From Candidatus Woesebacteria bacterium RBG_13_46_13 (GTDB lineage: Bacteria > Patescibacteriota > Microgenomatia > UBA8517), in contig MGFR01000005.1 in the NCBI GenBank assembly GCA_001791995.1, positions 26,895 through 90,894 on the forward strand: 64,000 nt of DNA, given 5' to 3'. A model generated the notes under the pieces. It did not search any database, was not told the origin of the DNA, and worked only from the letters and a program-made list of their open reading frames with translations. A program made the position numbers and the translations under genes. This document shows positions 47,207 to 57,316 of this stretch, one piece after another. Every line of letters begins with the position of its first letter. The first letter of the stretch is position 1.

Positions 47207-48398
47207 TTTTATATCCTTTTAGCAATTTCCAAATTAGGCCAAGAGAACACCCCACAAAAATACTGTGAATCAAACCTTGAATAAGATAGGGGTCTCCCAA
47301 TCTTTGAACTATCGCAAAAGGAGCGGGAATTAGGCCAAACCATCTACTAATAGGGGTTAAGAGTGACACACTCATGAATTTGTCGTTATAAAGAAAAGGA
47401 ACCGCAAACGCAGAAACGGAGGCTAAAACAAGAAGCCAGGAATATCTGTTTTCCTCTGCCCAAAGAATTACGAAGGACGGCATAATCCAGAGTAGCCATT
47501 GGATATGGAAATGGATAAAGGGAATTACAATGAGCAAAGCCGACAAATAATATTTCCAAAGGGCAGTTTTGGGACGGAACCAGGAAAACAGATACAAACC
47601 CACAAGAGCAACGGGAACGACCAGAATCTTCTCTCCACCGGAGATGCTAATCCCCGCCTCCAATATCCGTGTAGTCAGTCCCGAGGCAAATGAAGACGCC
47701 ACAAATGCCGGAGACCAAAAAGGAAGGATAATCACGGCCAAAGTCGCCAAAAATACCAAAGAGGCGGTTATCCTTTCTGACCATTTTTCCATCTTGGCCA
47801 GGAGAAACGGAAAGAAAAGAACTGGATACGCCTTAAATCCTACGGCCAGCCCCATGAGGACAGAGGCACCCAGCGGCTTGTTCTTTTTCATTGCCAAAAG
47901 AGAGGCAAGAACCAGAAAGACCGGAATGATATCTACGTTGGAAAAGAAATAGAGAAGAATCAGGGTAAAGGGGTTGAAAAGCCAAATGGTAAAAACCTTC
48001 TTTTTGTCTTCCTGTTTTTCGAAAAACCCCATCAATAGGTAGGCTATCGCAATATCCAAAACCAAGTAAGGAAGTTTCAGGACAAAAAGATAGCGGAATA
48101 TCCCGGGGGATTCTACTCCCCGACCGGTCGCATCGGAAAGCCAGGCCGTAAAATTCTCTCCAAGCAGGGGAGAGACTAAGGCCTGATATCCTCCCAGGAA
48201 AAAATAAGTTAAAGGGAAATAGACAAACTCTTCCTTGAGGGGAAGCTTCTCCCTATTGTCTATCAGGTAAGGATAGATATTGACCACTCCCTGCCTTAGA
48301 AACGAGGCCTGGAAATGGTAGGTCTTAATATCCGGATGAAAGAAAAACGGCATGATCAGAAGCCTGAGAAGGATTGCCAGAACCAAGAGTTTTTTCAT
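47193..48398 (-). CDS. GT87/PIG-M-like GT-C membrane protein (paralog of 50335..51594)
   Basis: HPD, Y.PL, LKLPY, WLFNP, DIIP, K.YP and HIQW motifs. Confidence 0.7.
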   Translation of the reverse strand: MKKLLVLAILLRLLIMPFFFHPDIKTYHFQASFLRQGVVNIYPYLIDNREKLPLKEEFVYFPLTYFFLGGYQALVSPLLGENFTAWLSDATGRGVESPGIFRYLFVLKLPYLVLDIAIAYLLMGFFEKQEDKKKVFTIWLFNPFTLILLYFFSNVDIIPVFLVLASLLAMKKNKPLGASVLMGLAVGFKAYPVLFFPFLLAKMEKWSERITASLVFLATLAVIILPFWSPAFVASSFASGLTTRILEAGISISGGEKILVVPVALVGLYLFSWFRPKTALWKYYLSALLIVIPFIHFHIQWLLWIMPSFVILWAEENRYSWLLVLASVSAFAVPFLYNDKFMSVSLLTPISRWFGLIPAPFAIVQRLGDPYLIQGLIHSIFVGCSLGLIWKLLKGYKNEQT

Positions 48399-50338
48399 TG
48401 TCTGACTTTAAATATCTCCGCTTCAGAATTTGAAAATATTTTTTCTACCCCCAAGAGGCCCTCGTTAAGGTTTAATTTGTAAAGAGTGGGTAAATAAATA
48501 TAGCTAATTTTATTTTCCAAAAGGAAAGCCTTATCCCAACCATAGTCTTTCCCGTAAAAGAATTTATTCGAATCCGCCAGTCTTCCTTTGTAATCGTTCT
48601 GAAATATCTCCTGCTGAAACTCATCCTCGACAAATGTTTCTTTTTTGGAAAACGCCGAAACGTAGGCGCTGGTTTCATAAACCGCCAGTGGGAAAGGTGA
48701 AGAATATTTGCTCCTTAGGTCCTTATTAAACGGATGTGTCAGAACCACTCCGTCCAGCTGGATCCCAAGAAAGCTCAGGGCTGCCGCTTCATCAGGGGTA
48801 ACTCTGGCCGGGGCTCCCTGAAAAGCACTCCTGAAAGTCGAGAGGGAGCTTAAGGGTGTTGCCAAAAACACGAGAGCCACCGCCAAAATGGCCAGATATT
48901 TAGGCAGGCTCTTGGCCAAAACAACAAGACCAAGCCCGGCAAAGACGGCGCAGAAATACAAGAAGTAATAGATAAACTGAATAGTGTTCCAGGGGTTTCC
49001 TTTTTGAATGAATAATAGGGTCGGGATAAAAGAAGAAGCGGATAAAAATGCAATGAAAAGCAAGGTTGGACTTTTCCAAAACTTCTTTTTGAAAAGCCCG
49101 GGAAGCCCCACAAGCGCAACCACTCTCGTTCCCAAATTCCCTACCACAAATATCGCCAATGCCAATATTTCGGCCAATACATACTTTGGCCAGAGGCCCA
49201 CCGAAAGATAACTAGCCCTCGCTTGCGACAGTCTAACCCAGCCGACCCTATCCGCAAAATCGACCATCGAGTCCACTAGCCAAAACGGTGAGAAGACGAT
49301 AAGTCCCGCGGAAGCGGAGTTGTTGGGAAGAAAAACCAACAGAGCCAAGATAAGCGCCGGAACAAAAACTTTTAAGTAAGCAAAATCCTTCTTAACCGCA
49401 CGAACCAAAGCGATGGCTCCCAGGGAAAAAAGGGCAACTGCCCCCGCGTAAACCTTAAATTCGATAAGGGTGCCGGAAACCAGTATCAACGCCAATCCCG
49501 ACGCCAGATTTCTTTTTTCCTCGAAAATCTGAAACAAGATAACCAGTGCCACCAAAAGAACCAAAGAAACCGCAAAAGGGGGGTTGAGGTTCATCGAAAC
49601 CGGTTGGTTTGCCCAAAATGCCGACTCCCCTCCCCAAAACCCACCCTTTATCCATTCGAGAATATAGCCGAAGCTCCCGCCGAAATAGACAAAAAACAAA
49701 GAAGCTGCCCCGACGTACCATTTATTAAACAGGGCCTTACAAAGCAGGTAAGTTCCAAGCCCCAACAGGAATGAAAAGAGTATCGGATAAAACCTGAAGA
49801 TTAAATCCGCCACCGGAACCCCGGACATGTGGGCAGTTGTGGCCACCAGGAGGTCATAAAAGTAGTGGTAGTTGGACAGCGTCGTTCCCGAAAGCCCCGG
49901 GTTTCCCGGTGGAGTTGCCTTAATAAGTTGATTAACCAGAGCCTGGTGCCAAACCCCGTCGTGTCCCAACGGTCCCCAATAGCCGATTCCGAAATCATAA
50001 ACAGTTCCCGACTTAAACGTCAGTGCGTTTTGAAAAATTATCCCGCCTAGAATAATTACGGCGATTATTAGGGTGGCCGGATTAACTTTCTGTCTGAAAT
50101 TCTTTAATTCGTTTAGGTCAAGTCCCCGGATATAAAAATAAGAAGATGCCGCGGCGAGCGCCAGCACCAGATAAATATTTACAAACGCGGCAAGGGTGGT
50201 AATTACTATTCCCAAGGACAGCGCCAAGAAAATAGCCAAGGCCCCGTTTAGTTTTAACCTGTTTACCAAAACGCTGCCCGTAACAAAGATAGCAAAAAAA
50301 AGAAAAATGGAGAATTTAAGTATTTCTAGGATAATCAT
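48395..50338 (-). CDS. Large polytopic membrane protein, probable GT-C (paralog of 44617..46605)
   Basis: HDGVWH, NP..SG...NYHYFYD, GGESAFW, FKVYA, GNLGTR, IQKG and YVSAFS motifs. Confidence 0.7.
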   Translation of the reverse strand: MIILEILKFSIFLFFAIFVTGSVLVNRLKLNGALAIFLALSLGIVITTLAAFVNIYLVLALAAASSYFYIRGLDLNELKNFRQKVNPATLIIAVIILGGIIFQNALTFKSGTVYDFGIGYWGPLGHDGVWHQALVNQLIKATPPGNPGLSGTTLSNYHYFYDLLVATTAHMSGVPVADLIFRFYPILFSFLLGLGTYLLCKALFNKWYVGAASLFFVYFGGSFGYILEWIKGGFWGGESAFWANQPVSMNLNPPFAVSLVLLVALVILFQIFEEKRNLASGLALILVSGTLIEFKVYAGAVALFSLGAIALVRAVKKDFAYLKVFVPALILALLVFLPNNSASAGLIVFSPFWLVDSMVDFADRVGWVRLSQARASYLSVGLWPKYVLAEILALAIFVVGNLGTRVVALVGLPGLFKKKFWKSPTLLFIAFLSASSFIPTLLFIQKGNPWNTIQFIYYFLYFCAVFAGLGLVVLAKSLPKYLAILAVALVFLATPLSSLSTFRSAFQGAPARVTPDEAAALSFLGIQLDGVVLTHPFNKDLRSKYSSPFPLAVYETSAYVSAFSKKETFVEDEFQQEIFQNDYKGRLADSNKFFYGKDYGWDKAFLLENKISYIYLPTLYKLNLNEGLLGVEKIFSNSEAEIFKVRQ

Positions 50339-51594
50339 TCCTTAGCCTCTTGGCTTTTGGGGAAAAGAATATATAAATAGTAAAAAGCAACTCCAACAAA
50401 AAGACTCTGGAAGATACTGCGCATCTGGTTTATATCCGGACTAACCCCAACAAGCTGCCAAATTCCGGGAAGTCCATAAAGCTTGGGCCAGATGGGAGCA
50501 AATAACCAAACCGAAAGACCCGGATCAAAAAAGCTCACCAGGAAAACAAAACTCACCAGGGAAAGGGCAACCATTACCCAATGTTTCAGATGTTTTACCA
50601 AATCGATAATCATAAACGGGGTTAGCCAGAGAAACCACTGGGGGTGGTAATGGGTAAAGATAAAGAAAATCAGCATCATGATAAAAAATCTCTTCCACAA
50701 AAGCTCAACCGTTGAGGTCTTGAAAAGAAACACCAGGTAGAAAAAAATGACAAAAACCAGAAATAACATAATCGACTCTCCTCCCGAAAGAGGAATTTGG
50801 GCATAAAGGCTTTTGGTCGTCTGGCCTGCCAAAAGAGCGGTTGTTCTAAATCCTTTTGAGGCAATGAAAGGCAGAATGGTGGCTATATAAGCCAAAACGC
50901 CTACGGTGACAATCTTGATCCTTTCCAACCAACTTTTCTTTAAAGATGCCAAAGGAACAAGAAAAAGCAGAGGAAAGATTTTAAAGGCTCCGCCAAGACC
51001 CAAAAGCAAAGCCTCCAATAGCAAACTCTTTTGGCCTACGTCTTTCTTTTTAACAACCAAGTAAAGACACAAAACCGAGAAGAAAACAGGGATAATATCA
51101 AACTGCCCCACCATGTAGGTAGCGTAGAGATTTACGGGATTAAATATCCAAAACGAGAATCCCAAGAGTTTCTCCCTATCCGTCTTAAATAAGGCCATCA
51201 GAAGATAGGCAACTGCGATATCGAAAGCAAAATAAGGAAGCTTTAATAACAGAAGCAGCAGGTTTAACTGCCAATTGCCCAGGGTCGAGCTGAAATTAAG
51301 AATAAAGTTGGCATGGACCGCCGGATCAACTATCCAGCTAACTACTCTAGTGGCGGGTCCCAGAAAAAAGTAAACGGCCGGGGGGTAGTTAAATAAGTTT
51401 TTGGGGTAAACGGCTAGGATAGGACTATCCTGGGGAAGATTCCACAAGTAATCATAGAAGTTTGCGATATTCCCTTTGGCAATTATTCCACCCGCAAAAT
51501 CAAATGGTGCAACATCCGAATGATAGGTGGCCAAGGATAGGATAATCCGCAGAACTATCCCTATCAGCAGAATCTTGATTATTTTACTTTTCAT
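50335..51594 (-). CDS. GT87/PIG-M-like GT-C membrane protein (paralog of 47193..48398)
   Basis: HSD, NYPP, LKLPY, WIFNP, GQFDIIP, KIFP and HPQW motifs. Confidence 0.7.
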   Translation of the reverse strand: MKSKIIKILLIGIVLRIILSLATYHSDVAPFDFAGGIIAKGNIANFYDYLWNLPQDSPILAVYPKNLFNYPPAVYFFLGPATRVVSWIVDPAVHANFILNFSSTLGNWQLNLLLLLLKLPYFAFDIAVAYLLMALFKTDREKLLGFSFWIFNPVNLYATYMVGQFDIIPVFFSVLCLYLVVKKKDVGQKSLLLEALLLGLGGAFKIFPLLFLVPLASLKKSWLERIKIVTVGVLAYIATILPFIASKGFRTTALLAGQTTKSLYAQIPLSGGESIMLFLVFVIFFYLVFLFKTSTVELLWKRFFIMMLIFFIFTHYHPQWFLWLTPFMIIDLVKHLKHWVMVALSLVSFVFLVSFFDPGLSVWLFAPIWPKLYGLPGIWQLVGVSPDINQMRSIFQSLFVGVAFYYLYILFPKSQEAKE

Positions 51595-53251
51595 TTTTTC
51601 TTTTAATTACCAGAAACATTGCAGTTGTAATCGCTCCCAAAGAAACAAAATTAGTTACTTTCCTCAACGGAGCCTCGCGATACTCAACGACCACCTCATG
51701 GGTCCCTCCCGGCACCTTCAGGGATATTTGCCCGTATGGTACGCCGCTTAAGATATCGGTGCCAACTCCATCTATTTTAGCAACCCACCCTGGGAAATTG
51801 TATTTGTTGTAGGAAAGAATAAATTCCTCCGGGTAGTTAGTCACAATTCTCGCATCCAGTGGGTTAATTTCTTCAATTATCAGGTTGGCCCTAACGTTCG
51901 AGTAGGCGCGGGGGTAAACCATGGAAGGCCTGACCAGATTGTCTTTGGGCAAACGCAAATACTCCTCAGATGTCCGGCGATATTCGGCACTTGCCGCGGG
52001 ATATGGAATATACCTGTCGACATAATACTCGTCGGCCCTGCCCAAAAACTTTTCCGGTTTGAAGTAAAGAAAGTTCAGGGCAATTGCGGCTACAATAATT
52101 ACCCCAGCCACAATCCTGGCGTGTTTAAATTTGGAAAATCCAATCAAAAATAAAGGAGAAGAAAACACTATCATTGTCAGAAAGCGCCAGGGAAACTGAA
52201 AATATGGCAAAAGGGGGATAGATTTCCAGAGAATATCCGAGCGGTGGTTCATCATAAAGATGCTTAGTACAAAGATGCCGATAGCCCAAATCAGAACTGT
52301 CTTTTCCTTTACCCCAAAGCCCTTCCAGCTCTTTATAGCCAAGGCTCCTCCCACTACAACTGTCAACAAGCCTATGATGCCGATATAAAAAGACATGCCG
52401 TCATATGGCCCTGGAACGGATGCGCCGTAGCCGAAATAGGGGGTAATAAGCTGCTTAAGTGTGGCGAAGTGGTCAAAATAGTTATAAACGGTCGAATATT
52501 TAACTAACCCGCTCTCATAAATGGCCGGAAACCAAAAATACGCGGATGCCAAAAGTCCCAAAATAATTGCCCAAAAAGACCTGAGCAAATAGGTGATTTT
52601 ATCCTGCTTGGCAGAGATGATAAGCACCACAAGTAGGATAAGGGCAAAGGGAAAAAACATATAAGCCAAAATATTGTGCGACAATACAAGAGCGGCAATT
52701 GAAAGTGCCGAAATTCCTATCCATTTTATCCCCGAATCTTTTTGGGTCAGCCGGATAAAAGAAAGGGCAACCAAAGGAATAAAAACAAAGGCTACTATCT
52801 CCCCTATCGCTCCCCTAACAAAAATTTCGGTTGCCCGGTAAGGAGCGTAAACATAAAGTACGGCTCCAGCCAGACTTAGGGGCTTATCAACCAATTCCCT
52901 GAGGAGTTTGTACATGAAGTACATCGAGAAAGGAATGCTTAAACCAAAAACAAGTTTGGCTGCATCCACCAAAGAAAAACCAAAAAGGTGGAAGATCTCT
53001 CCGATATAAAAGGGCAAGGGATAAACGAAATTAAACAAGGGATAGCCGAATCCGAAACTTAAGTCGGGAACAAACCTGGGAGGAATCTGAAACATTTTCA
53101 CTGCCCTGTCCATCTCATAAAGCCAACCTATCAGGGTGTCATCCGACACGCCGAAAAATCCGGGCACTACAAGCGTCCAAACGGCCGGGAGCGACAGGGC
53201 CAGTACAACAAGAAAGATATGTTTAGCGAAAAATCTTTTTACTTTTTCCAT
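51584..53251 (-). CDS. PTPS-related/YfhO-like GT-C membrane protein
   Basis: SDD, PRFVPDL..G.GYPLFNF, RGAIGE, QFPWRFL and a C-terminal FPGW beta domain. ATG 53251 preferred over the TTG at 53257. Confidence 0.75.
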   Translation of the reverse strand: MEKVKRFFAKHIFLVVLALSLPAVWTLVVPGFFGVSDDTLIGWLYEMDRAVKMFQIPPRFVPDLSFGFGYPLFNFVYPLPFYIGEIFHLFGFSLVDAAKLVFGLSIPFSMYFMYKLLRELVDKPLSLAGAVLYVYAPYRATEIFVRGAIGEIVAFVFIPLVALSFIRLTQKDSGIKWIGISALSIAALVLSHNILAYMFFPFALILLVVLIISAKQDKITYLLRSFWAIILGLLASAYFWFPAIYESGLVKYSTVYNYFDHFATLKQLITPYFGYGASVPGPYDGMSFYIGIIGLLTVVVGGALAIKSWKGFGVKEKTVLIWAIGIFVLSIFMMNHRSDILWKSIPLLPYFQFPWRFLTMIVFSSPLFLIGFSKFKHARIVAGVIIVAAIALNFLYFKPEKFLGRADEYYVDRYIPYPAASAEYRRTSEEYLRLPKDNLVRPSMVYPRAYSNVRANLIIEEINPLDARIVTNYPEEFILSYNKYNFPGWVAKIDGVGTDILSGVPYGQISLKVPGGTHEVVVEYREAPLRKVTNFVSLGAITTAMFLVIKRKNEK

Positions 53252-54890
53252 AGACAAGAGCAGTTAGAAACAACAGCGCCGAAACCAAAGATACCGCATT
53301 GGCCACGGCCCTTATCGGAGTATTTGTAAAATTTCCTGCTACTGTGTGGCTACCCCTTTCCAAATTAACCGCTATCCGTCCCAGAAGGTTCTGGTGATAA
53401 ACCGCTTCCTCTTTGCCGTCCACCTGCACCTTCCAGCCGGGAAAGTAAAAAACGGAAAGCTCGATCTGGGAAGTCCTGGCAACCTCGGCTTTAAAGCTAA
53501 ATCCGTTTGATTTATTGATAAAATCCTTAACGCTGGCCATTCCGCTGACAACAAAAGGTGCTACTGGGGCTTTTTCTTTCGGTTCTGAAGCGGTTCTGGG
53601 CAGATAGTCCAAGATTGCCCCCTTCTGCTGTTCTTCCCAAGCCGCCCCGGTTAATTTTTGGTTATCGGAAAGCCCGTAATAAAAATCCCGGGGTGCAAAA
53701 TATTCCCAGTTTAGGACAAACGCCAAAACAATTATTAAAACCGAAGCCGTAAGTTTCCATCTTTCCCCCAGGGCAGATACGGCAAATCCCGCCAGGAGCG
53801 ATGCCGAAAATATGCTCAAGGATAAAAATCTCCAAGGGAACTGAAAGAACTTGAGGATAGAGATCCGTTCCCAGATAAACGCCGACTTATTATGTGTCAT
53901 GAATATCGAAAAAGTAAAAAGGCCTAAAAGTATTAGCGCTAAAAGCTTGTGTTCCCTTTTTACTTTTTTAAGGAAAAGTACAGCGGCTGCCGCAAGCACA
54001 GTCCACCATAAAGGCCAGCCGATTTGGAAGGAGATTGTATCCCCCGTTCCCAAGATCGAAGCCCCGTAGCCCCAGGTTCTATCCAAAAATAATTGCTTTA
54101 TTGAAACAAAGTGTGCCCTGAAGTCCAATTCAAACCTGGTTAAGGCCTCCGTCTGAACCAAGGATTTCTCCAAGAAAGCGGGCAGGATAAAAAATGCAGC
54201 AAGTCCGAAACCCAGTACCGTCGCAACAATGACCCCTTTAAGGTTATTGAATTTTTCCTGCCAAAGCCAAAATATTACGAATATTGCCAATACGGGGGTA
54301 AAGAGAATAGTCATAATATTGTGCGTAATCAAAAATGCGGCCAGGAAAAGTGTGGCCAGGACAAACGAGGATTTGCTGCGCTCTTTGATGAATTTATAGA
54401 AGAACAGCAAGACAAAGGGCACCAAACTCATGGCAAAAAGCTCGGCTACCGCTCCCCTGACATAGGCATCCAAGGCCCTATAAGGGGCCAGTAGATATAA
54501 AGAACCAGCAACTAAAGCAGGATTTACCCCGAATAACTTTTTGACCAGAAAATAGATCCCGAGTCCCCCGCCCAAAAGCGAAACAAGAAATAAGAATTTG
54601 GCGGAAGCGATGTAGCCCGCCACAAAACTAACCAGTGCTCCGAGATAATAAGGCAGAACACCGTAGAAATTAAAAAGCGGAAATCCGTTGCCGTAACCCA
54701 TATCCGGTACCCAACGGCAGGGAATCTGAAAATCGGTAAGGCAGCGCCGCATCTCGAAAATTCTGATTACCTGCAAATCGTCATGGTGGGGAAAATAACC
54801 CCGAACAAAAAGTGGCCAACAGATAGAAATTCCCAAAACCAGCAAAAGCACTATCTGCCAGTTTTTTTTGAGAAGATTAAAGACCTTCAT
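53223..54890 (-). CDS. PTPS-related/YfhO-like GT-C membrane protein
   Basis: HDD, CRWVPDMGYGNGFPLFNFY, RGAVAE, QFPWRFL, DYLP and YFPGW motifs. ATG 54890 (ATGA coupling) preferred over 54956. Confidence 0.75.
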   Translation of the reverse strand: MKVFNLLKKNWQIVLLLVLGISICWPLFVRGYFPHHDDLQVIRIFEMRRCLTDFQIPCRWVPDMGYGNGFPLFNFYGVLPYYLGALVSFVAGYIASAKFLFLVSLLGGGLGIYFLVKKLFGVNPALVAGSLYLLAPYRALDAYVRGAVAELFAMSLVPFVLLFFYKFIKERSKSSFVLATLFLAAFLITHNIMTILFTPVLAIFVIFWLWQEKFNNLKGVIVATVLGFGLAAFFILPAFLEKSLVQTEALTRFELDFRAHFVSIKQLFLDRTWGYGASILGTGDTISFQIGWPLWWTVLAAAAVLFLKKVKREHKLLALILLGLFTFSIFMTHNKSAFIWERISILKFFQFPWRFLSLSIFSASLLAGFAVSALGERWKLTASVLIIVLAFVLNWEYFAPRDFYYGLSDNQKLTGAAWEEQQKGAILDYLPRTASEPKEKAPVAPFVVSGMASVKDFINKSNGFSFKAEVARTSQIELSVFYFPGWKVQVDGKEEAVYHQNLLGRIAVNLERGSHTVAGNFTNTPIRAVANAVSLVSALLFLTALVYGKSKKIFR

Positions 54891-57316
54891 TTTCTTCTGA
54901 GCCAGACCGCAACTACGAATCCGACGGTAACCAGGGAGATGATATCCCCTACCCATCTCGCCGGAGTTCGTCCTAGCTTAACTTCAATTTTATGCATTCC
55001 CGGGGCAATATTAAAGCTCACGAGCCCCAAACAGTACTCTTGGCCCCTGCAATCGTTATTAACGTGGGCTACGACTTTTCCGTCAACCATGACCTTCATC
55101 CCGGGAAAATCGAAGATGGGGAGCCTAATTAACGCCTCTTTCGTAACCGTAACTTCTCCTGTTTGAAAATTGGATCCCTTTTCGTAACTAATAAAGTTGG
55201 CCTCCCCCTCCAAAACCTCCGGGATATCAGATGCTTTTGACGGTGGAGGAAGTTTGGCATATATCGGCAGATAGTCGAAAATGCTAATCGTCAGCTGTTT
55301 TTCCCAAGAGGCACCCGAGAATTTATCCGTATCGGTTATATTCAACCAAGCTTTGGGAACAAAGAAATTCGCATACAGGATAAAGGCTGCAATAACTGCT
55401 GCGATCCCCAACAGGTAGCGAAACTTCCCCGCGAAATAGACAGCCAATCCGGAAAGAATTGCCAACAAGAATATGCTGATCGACAAAAACCGCCAAGGAA
55501 ACTGCAACCAATGAAGAAAAGGCAGCTTTTCCCAGATAAAACTGGATTTAAGGTGCATCATAAAAAGGACCAGAAGTTCCGAGCCAACAAAGACAAAAGT
55601 CAGAGTGGCCAGTTTTCTCTCCTTCTTAAATCTGAATGCGGCAAGAACTCCCGCCAGGATTCCGATAAGCCATTGGACTATTCCGGTTGAAAGATTTAAT
55701 TTTTCGGCAGGAAAACCCGAAGAGCCGTAGCCCCACTCCATCGAGAGAAAAAGCTTGTAGACATTTACAAAATGGGCCCGGTAATCAAAATACCCGGAAA
55801 GAAGCGATTCCAAGTGTGCATACTTTCGCTCCAAGAGAAGAGGAATCAAGTAAAAAGCCGACAAACCAAGTCCCAAAAGCCCCGCCAGGATAATTTTTCC
55901 AACCACCTTCCACTTTTTCTCGGTATATATCCAATAACCTATCCAGACAAGCAGAAACGGAGCAAAAATCATCGAAATCAAGCTGTGTGTGGTCAAAAGC
56001 AGAAGAATCGAAATTGCGGTCCAGATTATATATCTTGTTTTTGCCTTTGTAGTGAGCCGGTAGGTCGCCCAAAATGCCAAGGGAAGAAACGCCAAAGACC
56101 AAAATTCATTTAAGGCTCCTCTGACAAAAACCTCAACGGCTTTATAAGGAACATAGGAATAGATGAGGGCCGCAACTACCCCCGGCCAATTCCCCAAGAA
56201 GGACTTAACCAGAACAAACATCGCCAGAGCCGAGGCAATATAGCCCAAAACGAAAAGAACCTTGACCGCGTCGATATATTGAAGTCCGATGCGGTGCAGA
56301 AGAGCCCCTACGTAGTAAACGGACGGCGGATAATAAATGAATTGGGGATATCCGTATTGATAGCCGGCATCCGGCACCCAGCGGCAGGGAATTTGGAAAT
56401 CGTCAAAGCATTTGTCCATCTGCTGGACCCTAAAGGCCTGCAAATCATCCTGCATCGGGAAAAAGCCGGGTCGGACAAGTCTAAAAAAGGTCGGGACAAT
56501 AAGGGCGGTGATTAAAAGAGCCAGCAGCAAGTTTCTGTTAAGCTTCTGCCCCAACCACATAATGGCTGTTATAATGAAGTGTTTTAACCTCCCGTGGTAA
56601 ATCTTGCTTGAAGGAATAAGCCGCCTCCACTGATTAGTATTCCCAGCTATCCCCTTTCCGCTTTCCCCGTGGTAATGGATAATTTCTGCCCGGGGCAGAT
56701 AGTAAGTTTTCAATCCGGCCCTTTTTACCTGCCTGCAATAATCCAAATCCTCAAAATACATAAAGTACCGGGAATCCAACTTCCCTACTTTTTTAAGGGC
56801 CTGTGGAGTAATTAAAAATGCAGCGCCGACTATGGCGTCTACTTTAGTGGGGCTTATCCCGACCGGAGCAAATTTATCGTAATGGCCTTCCTCGCCGAAC
56901 CAGTATTGCTTGAGTGCCCCGGCTATCCCCGGAAAATTGAAACACGAGGCCTGGACAGAGCCATCCTTATTTAACAGTTTTGCCCCAACCACTCCCGCAT
57001 CCGGGGTATCTTTGGCAAACTCCACGAGTTTATCGATGGCGCCCTTTCTAACCAGCGTATCCGAATTTAAAAGAAGGATATATGTTCCTTTTGATGCCTC
57101 AATCCCTTGATTGACTGCTTTGGCAAAGCCTAAATTCTCCTTGTTTATTATTAAGCGAAAATCCGCTGCCGGTAAGGTAAATCCGTCTTGGCTGCTATTT
57201 TCGACTACTATAATTTCGAAAGGAATGCTTGTATTTTTCTTAACGGAGGCGATGCAGTCCTCTACCAGTTTTCTGGTATTATAGTTGACTATTATTACCG
57301 AGATTGTGGGCTTCAC
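54887..57316 (-). CDS. Fusion: GT2 (rhamnosyltransferase-like) plus PTPS-related/YfhO-like GT-C domain
   Basis: N-terminal IIVNYN, NLGFAKAVN, LLNSDT and YFMYFEDLD; C-terminal QDD, CRWVPD, RGALNE, QFPWRFL and DYLP. Confidence 0.82.
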   Translation of the reverse strand: MKPTISVIIVNYNTRKLVEDCIASVKKNTSIPFEIIVVENSSQDGFTLPAADFRLIINKENLGFAKAVNQGIEASKGTYILLLNSDTLVRKGAIDKLVEFAKDTPDAGVVGAKLLNKDGSVQASCFNFPGIAGALKQYWFGEEGHYDKFAPVGISPTKVDAIVGAAFLITPQALKKVGKLDSRYFMYFEDLDYCRQVKRAGLKTYYLPRAEIIHYHGESGKGIAGNTNQWRRLIPSSKIYHGRLKHFIITAIMWLGQKLNRNLLLALLITALIVPTFFRLVRPGFFPMQDDLQAFRVQQMDKCFDDFQIPCRWVPDAGYQYGYPQFIYYPPSVYYVGALLHRIGLQYIDAVKVLFVLGYIASALAMFVLVKSFLGNWPGVVAALIYSYVPYKAVEVFVRGALNEFWSLAFLPLAFWATYRLTTKAKTRYIIWTAISILLLLTTHSLISMIFAPFLLVWIGYWIYTEKKWKVVGKIILAGLLGLGLSAFYLIPLLLERKYAHLESLLSGYFDYRAHFVNVYKLFLSMEWGYGSSGFPAEKLNLSTGIVQWLIGILAGVLAAFRFKKERKLATLTFVFVGSELLVLFMMHLKSSFIWEKLPFLHWLQFPWRFLSISIFLLAILSGLAVYFAGKFRYLLGIAAVIAAFILYANFFVPKAWLNITDTDKFSGASWEKQLTISIFDYLPIYAKLPPPSKASDIPEVLEGEANFISYEKGSNFQTGEVTVTKEALIRLPIFDFPGMKVMVDGKVVAHVNNDCRGQEYCLGLVSFNIAPGMHKIEVKLGRTPARWVGDIISLVTVGFVVAVWLRRK

